A model generated the notes under the pieces. That model made no database searches. It worked only from the letters and a program-made list of their open reading frames with translations, and was not told the DNA's origin. Position numbers and translations under genes: made by a program. From positions 2,272,001 to 2,336,000 of the forward strand of contig OY782781.1 of NCBI GenBank assembly GCA_963678315.1: DNA of 64,000 nt, read 5' to 3'. This stretch comes from Candidatus Cloacimonadales bacterium. GTDB taxonomy: Bacteria; Cloacimonadota; Cloacimonadia; Cloacimonadales; JAFGVF01. Positions 1 to 10,513 of the stretch are shown in pieces; the stretch's first letter is position 1, and every line of letters begins with the position of its first letter.

Positions 1-1727
1 CCATTCATAGGTGTTCTTATTTCATGACTCATTGTTGCAAGAAATTGTGATTTTATTTTCACTGCATCTAGTGCTTGCTGAGAAGCTATTTTAAGATTTG
101 TTTCATACTCTAATTGTTTAGTCCTGTTTTGATATATGACAAATATTGAAACAATTTTCGATGCTACCTCAATTGGAATACCTGTGATTTGCATATTAAG
201 TTGTTTTCCTGTCTTAGATATTCTAATCCCATTAAAGCTAGTCTTTTGTCCATTTTTAACTTGAAAGGTCTCCCTTTTTGCTCTAGCAAGGTCATTTTTC
301 CTAGATAATAGCAAATCGATATTCTTTCCAAGACATTCGTTTTCGTCATATTCAAATTCTTTTGTAAACAAATAGTTAATTCTTTGAATATTACCATTGA
401 TATCAACTACGGCGATTGGTTCAGGGTTATCGTTAATTAAATTATCTAAGAATAATTTATCTTGAATACTGTCGTTAATCTGTTTATGATAGTGACTAAT
501 TAATTCAATAATATGAGTTTTAATTGTGTTTATTTCATAAAATTCAGTATCAACAGGAGGAATAAGTTTGATTGTTGATTTAGATGAATCAACAAAATCA
601 TACAAATCTTCTAAGTCTCCTGAAATTCTTTGCATAAGCTTTTTACTGTAGAGGTTAAATATCAAAGAAAAAAGAAAAACAAAGGCTATGAGAATTATAT
701 TTCTTAATATTATAGTTGTATAAGCTCTACTGATTGCTTTGTTTTGCTCCAATTTTATTAGATTGGGATCTGTATAACTGACAATCAACCAACTTAACTT
801 AGTTTCTACCTCAACCTTTCTTACAACCCCAGAGGAGTTAATTATTTTTGAAAATTTTAAGGAGGGAATTCTATCAATGAATGCTTCATTTACATTGTGA
901 GTTTTATTAACATAATATTCAAACAGCTCATCATCTAAACGTGAATAAGTTTCATAAACTGACTTTGCTTCCTTGATTTTTTTATCGTGTAAGAAAAGGA
1001 ACTCATTAGTGTTTTTATCGATTATTGTGAGATATTCACTATTCCCTACATTTAGAAATACCAAATCATTTAGAAGTTCCTGCTTCATTTCATCAATATA
1101 TATGTTATAATAATCACCCACACCAATAATAATATCTGTATTTGGAATTCTTTTAACATATAACCATTTTGCATATTTTCTGGTGAGGTTATTAGGTAGA
1201 TACCATTTCCCTTTAACAAGACCTTCATTTTCATTTCGTACAATATTGATTATATCGATGATTACTTGTTCTTGGCTAAAATTTTGTTTTTCTAAACTAG
1301 GATTCCCTACATTTAAAATCATTTCACCATTTAAATCAACTGCGAAATAATAACCTCTTCTTTTAAAAAAGTGATGACGTTTAAAATTTTCATGTAAGAA
1401 ATTATACTTTTCTTGTTTGCTTAATTTTGGGAAATCAGAACCAAATAGTTCAATGCCACCGTATAAACGTTCTTTCAGTTTATCGATAAGTTGTTCATCA
1501 GTATTTTGAATCCTTTTACCAATATAAGTGGCTATATTTTTAGCTACTTTGATGTTATTGTCCATGGACTCATAATCGTGATTTCTTATTTTAAATTCAT
1601 GTTCATTTTTTTCCATAAAGAGACCAACAAACATGTTTAAAATTATCGATAACAGCACAACAATTACCATTATCCAGTAGAATCTACTAAATTTAGCTAG
1701 AATTTTAACTTCTTTTTGATTTTCCAT
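1..1727 (-). CDS. Membrane sensor histidine kinase (TM-Cache-TM-PAS-HisKA), 3' end outside window
   Basis: Not in ORF track. ATG at 1727 is in the same frame as the HisKA motif KSQFLATMSHEIRTPMNG at the window edge. Manual translation shows an N-terminal TM, Cache-like RGYYFAVDLNG and PAS-like NPEPIAVVDINGNIQRIN. Confidence 0.85.
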   Translation of the reverse strand, partial: MENQKEVKILAKFSRFYWIMVIVVLLSIILNMFVGLFMEKNEHEFKIRNHDYESMDNNIKVAKNIATYIGKRIQNTDEQLIDKLKERLYGGIELFGSDFPKLSKQEKYNFLHENFKRHHFFKRRGYYFAVDLNGEMILNVGNPSLEKQNFSQEQVIIDIINIVRNENEGLVKGKWYLPNNLTRKYAKWLYVKRIPNTDIIIGVGDYYNIYIDEMKQELLNDLVFLNVGNSEYLTIIDKNTNEFLFLHDKKIKEAKSVYETYSRLDDELFEYYVNKTHNVNEAFIDRIPSLKFSKIINSSGVVRKVEVETKLSWLIVSYTDPNLIKLEQNKAISRAYTTIILRNIILIAFVFLFSLIFNLYSKKLMQRISGDLEDLYDFVDSSKSTIKLIPPVDTEFYEINTIKTHIIELISHYHKQINDSIQDKLFLDNLINDNPEPIAVVDINGNIQRINYLFTKEFEYDENECLGKNIDLLLSRKNDLARAKRETFQVKNGQKTSFNGIRISKTGKQLNMQITGIPIEVASKIVSIFVIYQNRTKQLEYETNLKIASQQALDAVKIKSQFLATMSHEIRTPMN

Positions 1728-1733
1728 AAATCA

Positions 1734-1762
1734 ATTCTGCATTATTTTTTTGTTTATGTCAA
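1734..1762 (-). promoter_or_regulatory. Putative sigma70 promoter of the kinase
   Basis: TTGACA-17 nt-CAGAAT on minus strand. Confidence 0.4.
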
Positions 1763-1890
1763 TCTATTTGTTTTCATTAATAAAAATATTAAGTAATTAC
1801 ATACTAACTTTGATAAACTATACTATAAGCTTATTGATATATTTCAATAATTTTACAACTTTTGTATTCAGTTAATGCTTGTATATAAGG

Positions 1891-1946
1891 TCACCCTTAC
1901 TTGCCTCTTTGAAAAAGAGCCGATTTTTCAATGAGACCCTTAAGGC
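1891..1946. repeat. Palindromic intergenic repeat, copy 1 (right arm degenerate)
   Basis: TCACCCTTACTTGCCTCTTTGAAAAA-GAGCCGA-TTTTTCAATGAG; matches 24132-24186 and 40455-40513. Confidence 0.85.
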
Positions 1947-2131
1947 AGGAATTAGGAGTTACTGGGAACAAACAGCTGCTAGCTGGCTAATAGAAGTGAT
2001 GAGTTAGAGGAGTTAGCATAAAAGTAAACAGAATCCAGGATGGAATAATATTGAAAGTCTAATATCATCAAAAGACTATACTTGTTATAGCTTCATTATA
2101 GTTTAATATTTTCTATAAATAAGAATATTCA

Positions 2132-2160
2132 TTGACGTTTAATATGCTCTAGTTTAAATT
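2132..2160 (+). promoter_or_regulatory. Putative sigma70 promoter
   Basis: TTGACG-17-TAAATT upstream of GAGGTG RBS and ATG 2208. Confidence 0.4.
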
Positions 2161-2207
2161 AATATAATAAGAGCTAAGGTAATTAATTTATAAATGAGGT
2201 GCTGATT

Positions 2208-4757
2208 ATGAAAAAGAGCTTATTGCTATTTACAATACTTTTAACATGCCTTGTGTTACAAGGATATACTGGACCATTATCTTGGAACTACATTAATAAT
2301 GGAAGGTTCTATGTCTATTATCCAGATAAGTTCTATCCTTATGCAAAATATGCTCTTAACAACCTTGTTACTTATAGTGATTCTATTGATACAATAACAG
2401 GAAATAGCAGAGAGCAAGATGTCATTGTTACAATAGAGGATGCTGGAGAATATTATAATGGCTCAGATAACCCGATTGCTAATAGATTATTATTTTATAA
2501 TAACACACCTAGAAGCAATGATGATTTTATCGCTCAAGATTGGATTAAAACACTTGCTATCCATGAATATACTCATCAATCGCATCTCACCAATGCTCAA
2601 AATACACCCCTAATTTTGTCTAAATATATGGGCAACATATTCGCTCCAAATGTCTATTCTCCCATGTGGATTATTGAAGGTATCACTGTTAGGAATGAAT
2701 CTCATTTTAATGAATATCAAGGAAGATTAAATCATGGCTATTATAGTGAAATAGTAAGAGCAAAAGCAAGAGAAAATAAATTACCTACACCTATATCTGC
2801 TAACTACTATCTTGATGACTATCCGTGGGGAAATTTCTATGTTTATGGTGGTTCTTTTATAAAATATTTAAGTGATAAATATGGTGAAGAAAAGTTAACA
2901 GCCTTTTTTAATGAGAATGGAGGTCGAACTTTTAATATCTTGTTTGGGGTAGTATTCCCTAGATTGACATTAGATAGGTCTGCTAAAAAAGTTTTTGGGA
3001 AAAGCTTTCCTAGTTTGTTTAAAGAATGGAGATATAGTATTAAATCTTCATTGAACTCATACCCTACGTCCTCAAACTATCTAAAAGGAATTGATTGGAG
3101 CAATGTAATCAAAGTCAATAATGTAATAAGTGATGATAATGGAAATCTGTATTTTACACTTATAAAGAAGAAATATTCATCATATCAATATATATTAGTG
3201 AAATATGACACAAAAAATGAGACTAGCAAAATTTTATATGAATCCGATATGGGGTTTAATGCAAATTTAGTCTTTGACAATAATAAACTATATTTTAGTG
3301 AATCAGAACAAAGATATAGTGGAAACAATCTTATGAACAGTGGCTATGAAGAGTATTCTGTTATTAAATGTATTGATCTATTGAATGGTGAAGTTACAAG
3401 AGTCTTTTCTGATAAGTTCAAAAACTTTGAAGTCCTAGACAATAATAAGATTTTTTATACTAAAGAAAACACTAATAAAATGACTTCTGAAATATTCCTT
3501 TATGACAATGGTATTATTGTTAAAATATCTTCTTTACCATGTTTGGTTTCGGAACTTAAAACATATAATGATGATTTACTTCTTGTTTATAAGGATTTAG
3601 GTGCTTCGTGGGATATAGGGATATTATCTAAAGAATCAGATTATACAGAAATAGAACCTTTAATAAATTCACCTTATGCTGAACGCAATATTCAAATCCA
3701 TAAAAACTGGATTGTTTTTTCCTCTACTAAAGACAATCAATTTAAATCATTTAGATACAACATTGAGACAAATAATCTTGAAGATATTAGTAATGGTCTG
3801 TATTCTGATAATCCAACTGTGGTAGCTAACAAACTATACTTTAAAAATATACATGCTAAAGGAGAAAGGGTATCTACGTTTGAAATCAACAGCAAAGCTA
3901 TTCCTCTTTCTGATTTCAATATAAAACAAGATAATGATAATCTTCATGTCTCAGACAGAGATTACAAACCAAGAAATGCTATGTTAAAATCATTATCAGA
4001 ATTATACAAACCATATATAAGAACACCTTTTGTTTTTATGGGGCAAGATGGTATTGGATATTTTAACTATGACTTAGCATGGGATTGGGATGCTGACGAG
4101 GGTTGGAGTGGTTCTATTGGTCTGACAACTAAATTATTAAATCCTTTGATTCTAAGTTTTGATATTGACAATGATGACAATACTTCAATGAACATATCCT
4201 TACCGCTTTACAAATCCAATTTAAATCTTATTAAAAATGTTAATCTATTAGTTGAAACAGATTTCAGGGAAGAAAATTATTATGGAGCTCAGCTTTATGT
4301 TAAAAGAAGATCTTTTGATTCACAAACTACTTACTTATATTCACATATAGAAAATGGCTATTATACAAGTAATGAATCAAATATTCATCTTAAGAATTAT
4401 AAACTGTTCATGAAAAATACAATCTTAAATAATTATGATACTACTACAATTCTTTATCCTGAGAACTTAAGCGAAGATAATAATAAAAGATACTATAATC
4501 TCAACATTGGTACAGAATTTAATGTATGGGATTCTTATATAGAATCATGGACTTTCAATTTTGCTTTAAAACATATAAACCTTGAATTTGGATATAATTA
4601 CTTAAATATCGAAGATGAAGATTCTTATAGCTATTTGAATGCTGGTTTTAATACAAGAATGTTCATGTTTAACCAACTAAGTTTTAAAACACATTATGGA
4701 TTGTATATAAATAAGGCTGATATTGAACCTTACCTAAAAATATCCACTGCTTTTTAA
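2208..4757 (+). CDS. Exported protein: zincin-like peptidase domain, probable beta-propeller and C-terminal beta-barrel
   Basis: Signal peptide, HEYTH (HExxH) plus downstream WIIEG, aromatic strand-rich C-terminus ending in Phe. Start moved to ATG 2208, after the GAGGTG RBS. Confidence 0.65.
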   Translation: MKKSLLLFTILLTCLVLQGYTGPLSWNYINNGRFYVYYPDKFYPYAKYALNNLVTYSDSIDTITGNSREQDVIVTIEDAGEYYNGSDNPIANRLLFYNNTPRSNDDFIAQDWIKTLAIHEYTHQSHLTNAQNTPLILSKYMGNIFAPNVYSPMWIIEGITVRNESHFNEYQGRLNHGYYSEIVRAKARENKLPTPISANYYLDDYPWGNFYVYGGSFIKYLSDKYGEEKLTAFFNENGGRTFNILFGVVFPRLTLDRSAKKVFGKSFPSLFKEWRYSIKSSLNSYPTSSNYLKGIDWSNVIKVNNVISDDNGNLYFTLIKKKYSSYQYILVKYDTKNETSKILYESDMGFNANLVFDNNKLYFSESEQRYSGNNLMNSGYEEYSVIKCIDLLNGEVTRVFSDKFKNFEVLDNNKIFYTKENTNKMTSEIFLYDNGIIVKISSLPCLVSELKTYNDDLLLVYKDLGASWDIGILSKESDYTEIEPLINSPYAERNIQIHKNWIVFSSTKDNQFKSFRYNIETNNLEDISNGLYSDNPTVVANKLYFKNIHAKGERVSTFEINSKAIPLSDFNIKQDNDNLHVSDRDYKPRNAMLKSLSELYKPYIRTPFVFMGQDGIGYFNYDLAWDWDADEGWSGSIGLTTKLLNPLILSFDIDNDDNTSMNISLPLYKSNLNLIKNVNLLVETDFREENYYGAQLYVKRRSFDSQTTYLYSHIENGYYTSNESNIHLKNYKLFMKNTILNNYDTTTILYPENLSEDNNKRYYNLNIGTEFNVWDSYIESWTFNFALKHINLEFGYNYLNIEDEDSYSYLNAGFNTRMFMFNQLSFKTHYGLYINKADIEPYLKISTAF

Positions 4758-4857
4758 CGTCTCTAGCTTTATTTGGAGTTAACTATAAACTTTACTATTG
4801 ACTAAAATAACATATTATTTAAAATAATTATATAATATAAGATTTTAAGGAGACACT

Positions 4858-7215
4858 ATGTTTAGAAAAGCTATTTTAATTGCTATTACTGTTTTATTAT
4901 CTAGCATATCATTATTTGCATTTGATTACGAGGAAATATATTTTAAAGTCCCTAATTTAGGAAAAGAATATATTCAACAAATAAATGAACTTTGTTCTGT
5001 AGATAAATATGATGATAACTTTATTTATTGTTATGCTAATCCTAAGCAGTTTATTACTGTCCAATCAAAAGATAACAATATTCAAATATTAACTAACCCT
5101 TCTGATATATTTGAAGCACCTATGGCTTTTACTCCTGAAGAAGTCAGAGAATGGGATAGTTATCCATCTTATGATGCTTATGTGCAAATGATGTATGACT
5201 TCCAAACTAATTACCCAGACCTATGTACAACTGAAAGCTTTGGACAAAGCGTTGATAACAGAGAATTACTTGTTGTTAAAATCTCGGATAATGTTAATAT
5301 AGACGAAGCTGAACCGGAATTCTTCTATTCTGGTCAAATGCATGGTGATGAGTTGGTTTGTTCTGTACTCTTTTTAAGATTAATTGATTATCTTCTTTCT
5401 AACTATGAAACTGACCAAGATATTCAGAATATTGTTAATTCAACAGAAATATTCATTAACCCAATCTCAAACCCTGATGGAGTATACACCAATAACAATA
5501 ATACAGTAAACGGAGCTACTCGCTATAATGCTAATGGAGTGGACTTAAACAGAAACTTTCCTTCAATTAATGGTGAGCAAAACCCTGACGGTAATGCAAC
5601 CCAAATTGAAAATACACATATGATGAATTTTGCAAACCAACACCATTTTACTTTCTCTTCTAATTCACATTCAGGAGCAGAAGTTATAAATTATCCATGG
5701 GATACATGGGAGCGAACACATGCAGACGATGAATGGCTTGAATATCTAAGTAGAATATATGCTGACACAGTACATGGATATGCTCCTGATGGCTATATGG
5801 ACTATCTTGATAATGGTGTGACAAATGGTTATCAATGGTACACTACATCAGGTAATCGTCAAGATTGGTTTACTCACTTTATGAAATGTAGAGAAATTAC
5901 AATAGAGTTGTCAGATGAGAAATTGCTCCCTGCCAGCCAACTCAATGATCATTGGGACTACAATGTTGAGTCAATGCTAGAATGGATTAGGCAAGTTAAC
6001 TATGGAATTTCTGGTACTATAACTGACTCAGAAGGTAATCCTTTACATGCTAAAATAGAAATATTGAATCATGATATAGATGAATCTTTCATTTTTTCAG
6101 AAGAAGAAACTGGTTATTATCATAGACTAATATATGAAGGAACTTATGATATTGAAATTTCGTGTGATGGTTATGTTGGCCAAATAATTGAAAATGTTCA
6201 AGTAAACAATAACGAACTTCTTTCTTTAGATGTTGTACTTGAAAATGCAAATGTAATAACAGTCAGTGGAAGTATAATTGATAATGAGACAAATGAAGCA
6301 ATTGAAGGAGCCTTAATCAGCTTTAATAGTATTAATTCTTATACTACAACATCTGACATTAATGGTAATTTCAATATTGAAGAAATTTATGAAGGTAACT
6401 ATGACTTTACTATTGTTAAGAGTGGTTATCAAACATACTTTGAAAATATAGTACTTGAAGAAGGAAACAACTCTTTTGACATATCATTGAATCTCTCATC
6501 TGTTATTGGTTTTGAAGAAGGGATACCACAGGAATGGACATCATCATCAAATACTCCTTGGTTAATATCTGACATTGCTTATGAAGGATTAAGTAGTATT
6601 AAATCTGGAGCAATTGGAAATCAAAGTGAAAGCAATATTTCTTTGAGTATCAATGTTCTTCAAACATCAGAAATAAACTTCTTCTATAAAGTATCTTCTG
6701 AATCTGATTATGACTTTCTTAAATTCTATATTGATGGAGATCTTCAAGATGAATGGTCTGGTGAAATTGATTGGACTAATTACAGCCAACTAGTTCAAGC
6801 TGGAAATCATACATTTACTTGGTCTTACGAAAAAGATTGGTCAGAAGAGGACGGCAGTGATTGTGCCTATATAGATGCTGTTGAATTACCAATTACTGAA
6901 ATTACACCTAATTATGATGGAGAGACAGTAGATCCTGTTAATTTTAATCTATCATGTTATCCGAACCCATTCAATCCTGAACTAACTATTAGATACAATA
7001 ATACTACTAAAGATGTACATACAAGTATATCAATATTTAATGTTAAAGGTCAACTAGTTAAGACATTCAGCACTAAAGTTTCACAAAAAGGCTATAATAG
7101 TCTTGTATGGAATGGTCTTGATAATAACAACAAAAAAGTTTCTACAGGAATTTATTTTGTAAAGGTTGGAAACAATCAAAATTCTGAAATGCAAAAAGTC
7201 CTTTTGTTGAAATAA
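4858..7215 (+). CDS. M14 zinc carboxypeptidase with CarboxypepD-regulatory repeats and FlgD-Ig/T9SS-like C-terminal domain
   Basis: HGDE, NPDG, DLNRNF, SHSGAEVINYPWD, TIELS; C-terminal YPNPFNP...IFNVKGQLVK...WNG...STGIYFVK. Confidence 0.92.
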   Translation: MFRKAILIAITVLLSSISLFAFDYEEIYFKVPNLGKEYIQQINELCSVDKYDDNFIYCYANPKQFITVQSKDNNIQILTNPSDIFEAPMAFTPEEVREWDSYPSYDAYVQMMYDFQTNYPDLCTTESFGQSVDNRELLVVKISDNVNIDEAEPEFFYSGQMHGDELVCSVLFLRLIDYLLSNYETDQDIQNIVNSTEIFINPISNPDGVYTNNNNTVNGATRYNANGVDLNRNFPSINGEQNPDGNATQIENTHMMNFANQHHFTFSSNSHSGAEVINYPWDTWERTHADDEWLEYLSRIYADTVHGYAPDGYMDYLDNGVTNGYQWYTTSGNRQDWFTHFMKCREITIELSDEKLLPASQLNDHWDYNVESMLEWIRQVNYGISGTITDSEGNPLHAKIEILNHDIDESFIFSEEETGYYHRLIYEGTYDIEISCDGYVGQIIENVQVNNNELLSLDVVLENANVITVSGSIIDNETNEAIEGALISFNSINSYTTTSDINGNFNIEEIYEGNYDFTIVKSGYQTYFENIVLEEGNNSFDISLNLSSVIGFEEGIPQEWTSSSNTPWLISDIAYEGLSSIKSGAIGNQSESNISLSINVLQTSEINFFYKVSSESDYDFLKFYIDGDLQDEWSGEIDWTNYSQLVQAGNHTFTWSYEKDWSEEDGSDCAYIDAVELPITEITPNYDGETVDPVNFNLSCYPNPFNPELTIRYNNTTKDVHTSISIFNVKGQLVKTFSTKVSQKGYNSLVWNGLDNNNKKVSTGIYFVKVGNNQNSEMQKVLLLK

Positions 7216-9366
7216 ATGCAATATAAACTAATTTCGGAAAATGAGCTCGTAGATTACATTAAATGTAATCTACGAGACATTGATATTGATATGGTATTAA
7301 GAGCAATTGAGATTGCTGAAATTGCCCATAAAAACCAAAGAAGAGATTCTGGAGAAGCATACATAACTCATCCTCTGAATGTAGCCTTCATTCTTGCTCA
7401 ATTGCACTGTGACACTGACACTATTTGTGCGGGAATTCTACATGATACTGTTGAAGATACTAGTCTGACTTCATATGATATCAAAACTCATTTCAATTCA
7501 GATATTCAAAATTTGGTCGAAGGCGTCACAAAACTAGACACTTATCAATACAAAAGAAATAAAGACCAATTAGAAAGACAAGCAGAAAACTTCAGAAAAT
7601 TACTTATTTATACAGTTAAAGACTATCGAGTTCTATTGCTTAAATTAGCTGATAGACTTCATAACATGCGAACTTTACAATATGTATCACCTGAAAAAAG
7701 CTACAAAATTGCTTCTGAAACTTTAGAGATATATGCCCCCTTAGCTAATCGTTTTGGGCTTGCCTTAATAAGATGGGAATTAGAAGATCTTGCTTTTAAA
7801 TACCTACAACCTGAAGAATACAGAAAGATTGTGGATATGGTTGTAATGAAAAGACATGAACGAGAGCAGTTCATTCAAGCATGTGTGACTCCTGTAAAAA
7901 GTGCATTATTATCTGAGAACTTAGAAGCTGAAGTTTATGGTAGATCTAAACACTTTTATTCAATTTATAAAAAGCATATTAAAAAGAAAATCTCATATAA
8001 TGATATTTACGATTTAGCTGCTATAAGAATTATTACGAAATCTGTCGAAGATTGTTATCGCGTGTTAGGTATTATTCATTCAATATTCCAACCTTTAGAG
8101 AAACGTTTTAAAGATTATATTTCTAGACCTAAAGCAAACCATTACCAATCATTACACTCCATTGTGTTGACAGATAAGGGGAAGAAAATCGAGTTTCAAA
8201 TTAGGACACTAGAAATGCACAAAATAGCTGAAGAAGGAATTGCTGCTCATTGGAAATATAAAGAGAAAGATATTAAATTAAATATTGATTTCGAGAATCA
8301 AATAAAATCTATAAGAAAACTACTGAATAAAGACTTTTTATCCGGACAACAATTTATCGAGGATTTAAAATCTAGCTTAATTGCTAATGAGATAATAATA
8401 ATTACTCCCAATGGCGATCTAGTAAAACTTCAAGAACATTCTACCCTTCTCGACTTTGCTTTTGCTATTCATTCTGATATAGGTTTAACTTGCATTGGGG
8501 GCAGAGTAAACGGAAAATTTGTTCCTTTAAAAACCGAATTAAAGAATGGCGATAAAGTTTATATTATTACAAATTCTACTGCAAAACCAAGTATAGATTG
8601 GCTTCAATATGTAAAAACAAATAAGGCAAGAAGTGAAGTTAGATCTTATTTCAAAAAGAAAGCTATGGAAGATTCAATTATTATAGGCAAGGAACTTTTT
8701 GAAAAAAGAATTAGAAAAAGTATATACAAATATAAGAAAGAAGTAGATATTTTATTACTTGCAAGAAACTTTAAATTGTTCAATTTAGATGATTTTTATT
8801 CAGCTTTAGGAAATGGAAAGCTGGATTTCCAGAATATCATCAGTTATTTAGAGAACAAAGATAATACCGAAGTAGTTGTTCCTGGTCCAAAAACAGACAA
8901 AGAAGAGATAACAGAACATGATATAATATACTTAGATGATATAAATAATCTTATGCTTAAATTTGCTAAATGTTGTAATCCTAAACCTGGAGATGATATA
9001 GTTGGATATGTTACAAGAGGAAAAGGTATAACCATTCATAGAACTGACTGTACGAATAGCAATTTTAAGAAAATAGAAATGGAAGAAGCTTTCAGATTAT
9101 TTAAGATATCTTGGTCTAAACAAGCTTTCAAAAATAAATCAAGGACTCTTAAAATATGTGGAGAATATAATAATGCTGTTCACTACGAAATTGTAAAGAC
9201 ACTTACAAGTTTCAATGTAAATGTTATCTCAAATAAGTTCAATGTTGGAGGAATAGATTTCTCTTGCATTATTAAGTATGACAATAAGCACTTTAAAAAT
9301 ATCAAACTGTTGATTAATCAATTAAAGAAAATAAAAGGCATCAACAAAGTAACTGATAAAAAATAG
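7216..9366 (+). CDS. rel: Bifunctional (p)ppGpp synthetase/hydrolase Rel
   Basis: HD domain (HPLNVA, LHDTVED, KLADRLHNMRT), synthetase RFKDY/YQSLH/EFQIRT, TGS domain, AKCCNP, ACT-like tail. Confidence 0.95.
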   Translation: MQYKLISENELVDYIKCNLRDIDIDMVLRAIEIAEIAHKNQRRDSGEAYITHPLNVAFILAQLHCDTDTICAGILHDTVEDTSLTSYDIKTHFNSDIQNLVEGVTKLDTYQYKRNKDQLERQAENFRKLLIYTVKDYRVLLLKLADRLHNMRTLQYVSPEKSYKIASETLEIYAPLANRFGLALIRWELEDLAFKYLQPEEYRKIVDMVVMKRHEREQFIQACVTPVKSALLSENLEAEVYGRSKHFYSIYKKHIKKKISYNDIYDLAAIRIITKSVEDCYRVLGIIHSIFQPLEKRFKDYISRPKANHYQSLHSIVLTDKGKKIEFQIRTLEMHKIAEEGIAAHWKYKEKDIKLNIDFENQIKSIRKLLNKDFLSGQQFIEDLKSSLIANEIIIITPNGDLVKLQEHSTLLDFAFAIHSDIGLTCIGGRVNGKFVPLKTELKNGDKVYIITNSTAKPSIDWLQYVKTNKARSEVRSYFKKKAMEDSIIIGKELFEKRIRKSIYKYKKEVDILLLARNFKLFNLDDFYSALGNGKLDFQNIISYLENKDNTEVVVPGPKTDKEEITEHDIIYLDDINNLMLKFAKCCNPKPGDDIVGYVTRGKGITIHRTDCTNSNFKKIEMEEAFRLFKISWSKQAFKNKSRTLKICGEYNNAVHYEIVKTLTSFNVNVISNKFNVGGIDFSCIIKYDNKHFKNIKLLINQLKKIKGINKVTDKK

Positions 9367-9741
9367 CTATCGGTGCATATCATTCTTTTGAGTATGCCGC
9401 AATACAACTATGCCACCAATAATCGCAATAACCAATACAAAGGCAATAGTAAAAGCAACTAAAGGATGAACAAAATCTTTATAAAAGATGGGACTATTCC
9501 ATGAGGTATCCTTCTTATCTTTCTTCCATTTATTCTTATCAACAAGAGTAGGATCACTTCCAGGAGTGCTTGTATATTGCATTTTAAAAGACTCATAGTT
9601 AGTTTTAGAAGAATCAAATGTATATTCAAAAAATGAATTTACGATAAGATAAATCAAAAATAAAGCAGCTACTCCACCTGTTATATAGAGAGCCCATGAA
9701 AACACTTTTCTATAAAAGAAATACTTATGTTGTCTATCCAT
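9367..9741 (-). CDS. Hypothetical membrane protein (2 TM)
   Basis: Two hydrophobic stretches; overlaps the upstream gene by 8 nt. Confidence 0.65.
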   Translation of the reverse strand: MDRQHKYFFYRKVFSWALYITGGVAALFLIYLIVNSFFEYTFDSSKTNYESFKMQYTSTPGSDPTLVDKNKWKKDKKDTSWNSPIFYKDFVHPLVAFTIAFVLVIAIIGGIVVLRHTQKNDMHR

Positions 9742-10513
9742 CTAATCCTAACATCTCTTTATTATGATAAATTATTGATTTTATGGTTTTAACATACTCA
9801 CTACCTTTAGCTGAGTAATGTATCAAACCGTCGGCAAGATCATATCCTAATAGTTCTTTACCTTCATTACGTTTATTAGCTCTAATTCTTCTAAGTTCTC
9901 TATAAGCTCTGTTAGTATTTAAATTATTAATATACCTTTTTATAGAATCGTTTACGGTAGCGAATATAGACACTTCATGAGTTTTACCTTCTTCCCTATC
10001 CTTAGGGACTAAACCACTTCCAATGTTATAAGTCCAATGGCCAAACAAATTATTAGCCTCCTGGGCAAAGTAAGATGTACCCCAAGCTGATTCACATGCA
10101 GCCTGAGCAATTGCCAATTCAAAAGGGATAATATCTACCCTTAAAAACAACTCAGTCCAATTAATATCACTGACAGATTCAGAAGCACTTAGCTTATATA
10201 CTTTCTCTAAATTTTGTATATATTTAAAATCAATTGTTGTCAAGTTTTTTTCTTTTTCCAATAACAACAACTTATTTCTATCCTTCATAATAGCATTATT
10301 TTCAGATTCTATAATCAGATACATAAAATCGATAAACCTTTGTTTCCGTATCTTTACATCTTTATATACTGAGAAGTCGGGAATATCATTAGCATAGTAT
10401 TTATCAGTCTTAGGATTATACTTCAAATAATTATCATCAACAATTCTTGAATTAAGATTCGTGAAAGTGATCAACAAAACTATTATGAATAACTTAAATT
10501 TTCTTTCTAGCAT
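9734..10513 (-). CDS. Bax-like glucosaminidase (GH73) domain protein
   Basis: LAIAQAACESAWGTSYFAQEANNLFG, YINNLNTNRAY, YS..G..Y; signal peptide. Confidence 0.88.
   Translation of the reverse strand: MLERKFKLFIIVLLITFTNLNSRIVDDNYLKYNPKTDKYYANDIPDFSVYKDVKIRKQRFIDFMYLIIESENNAIMKDRNKLLLLEKEKNLTTIDFKYIQNLEKVYKLSASESVSDINWTELFLRVDIIPFELAIAQAACESAWGTSYFAQEANNLFGHWTYNIGSGLVPKDREEGKTHEVSIFATVNDSIKRYINNLNTNRAYRELRRIRANKRNEGKELLGYDLADGLIHYSAKGSEYVKTIKSIIYHNKEMLGLDG

Noticed and set aside
164..406. 80-aa ORF from the track, and the many short antisense or overlapping ORFs elsewhere (e.g. 19935-20408, 60350-60679)
   Set aside because: They lie inside well-supported genes in another frame or strand and have no motifs; shadow ORFs
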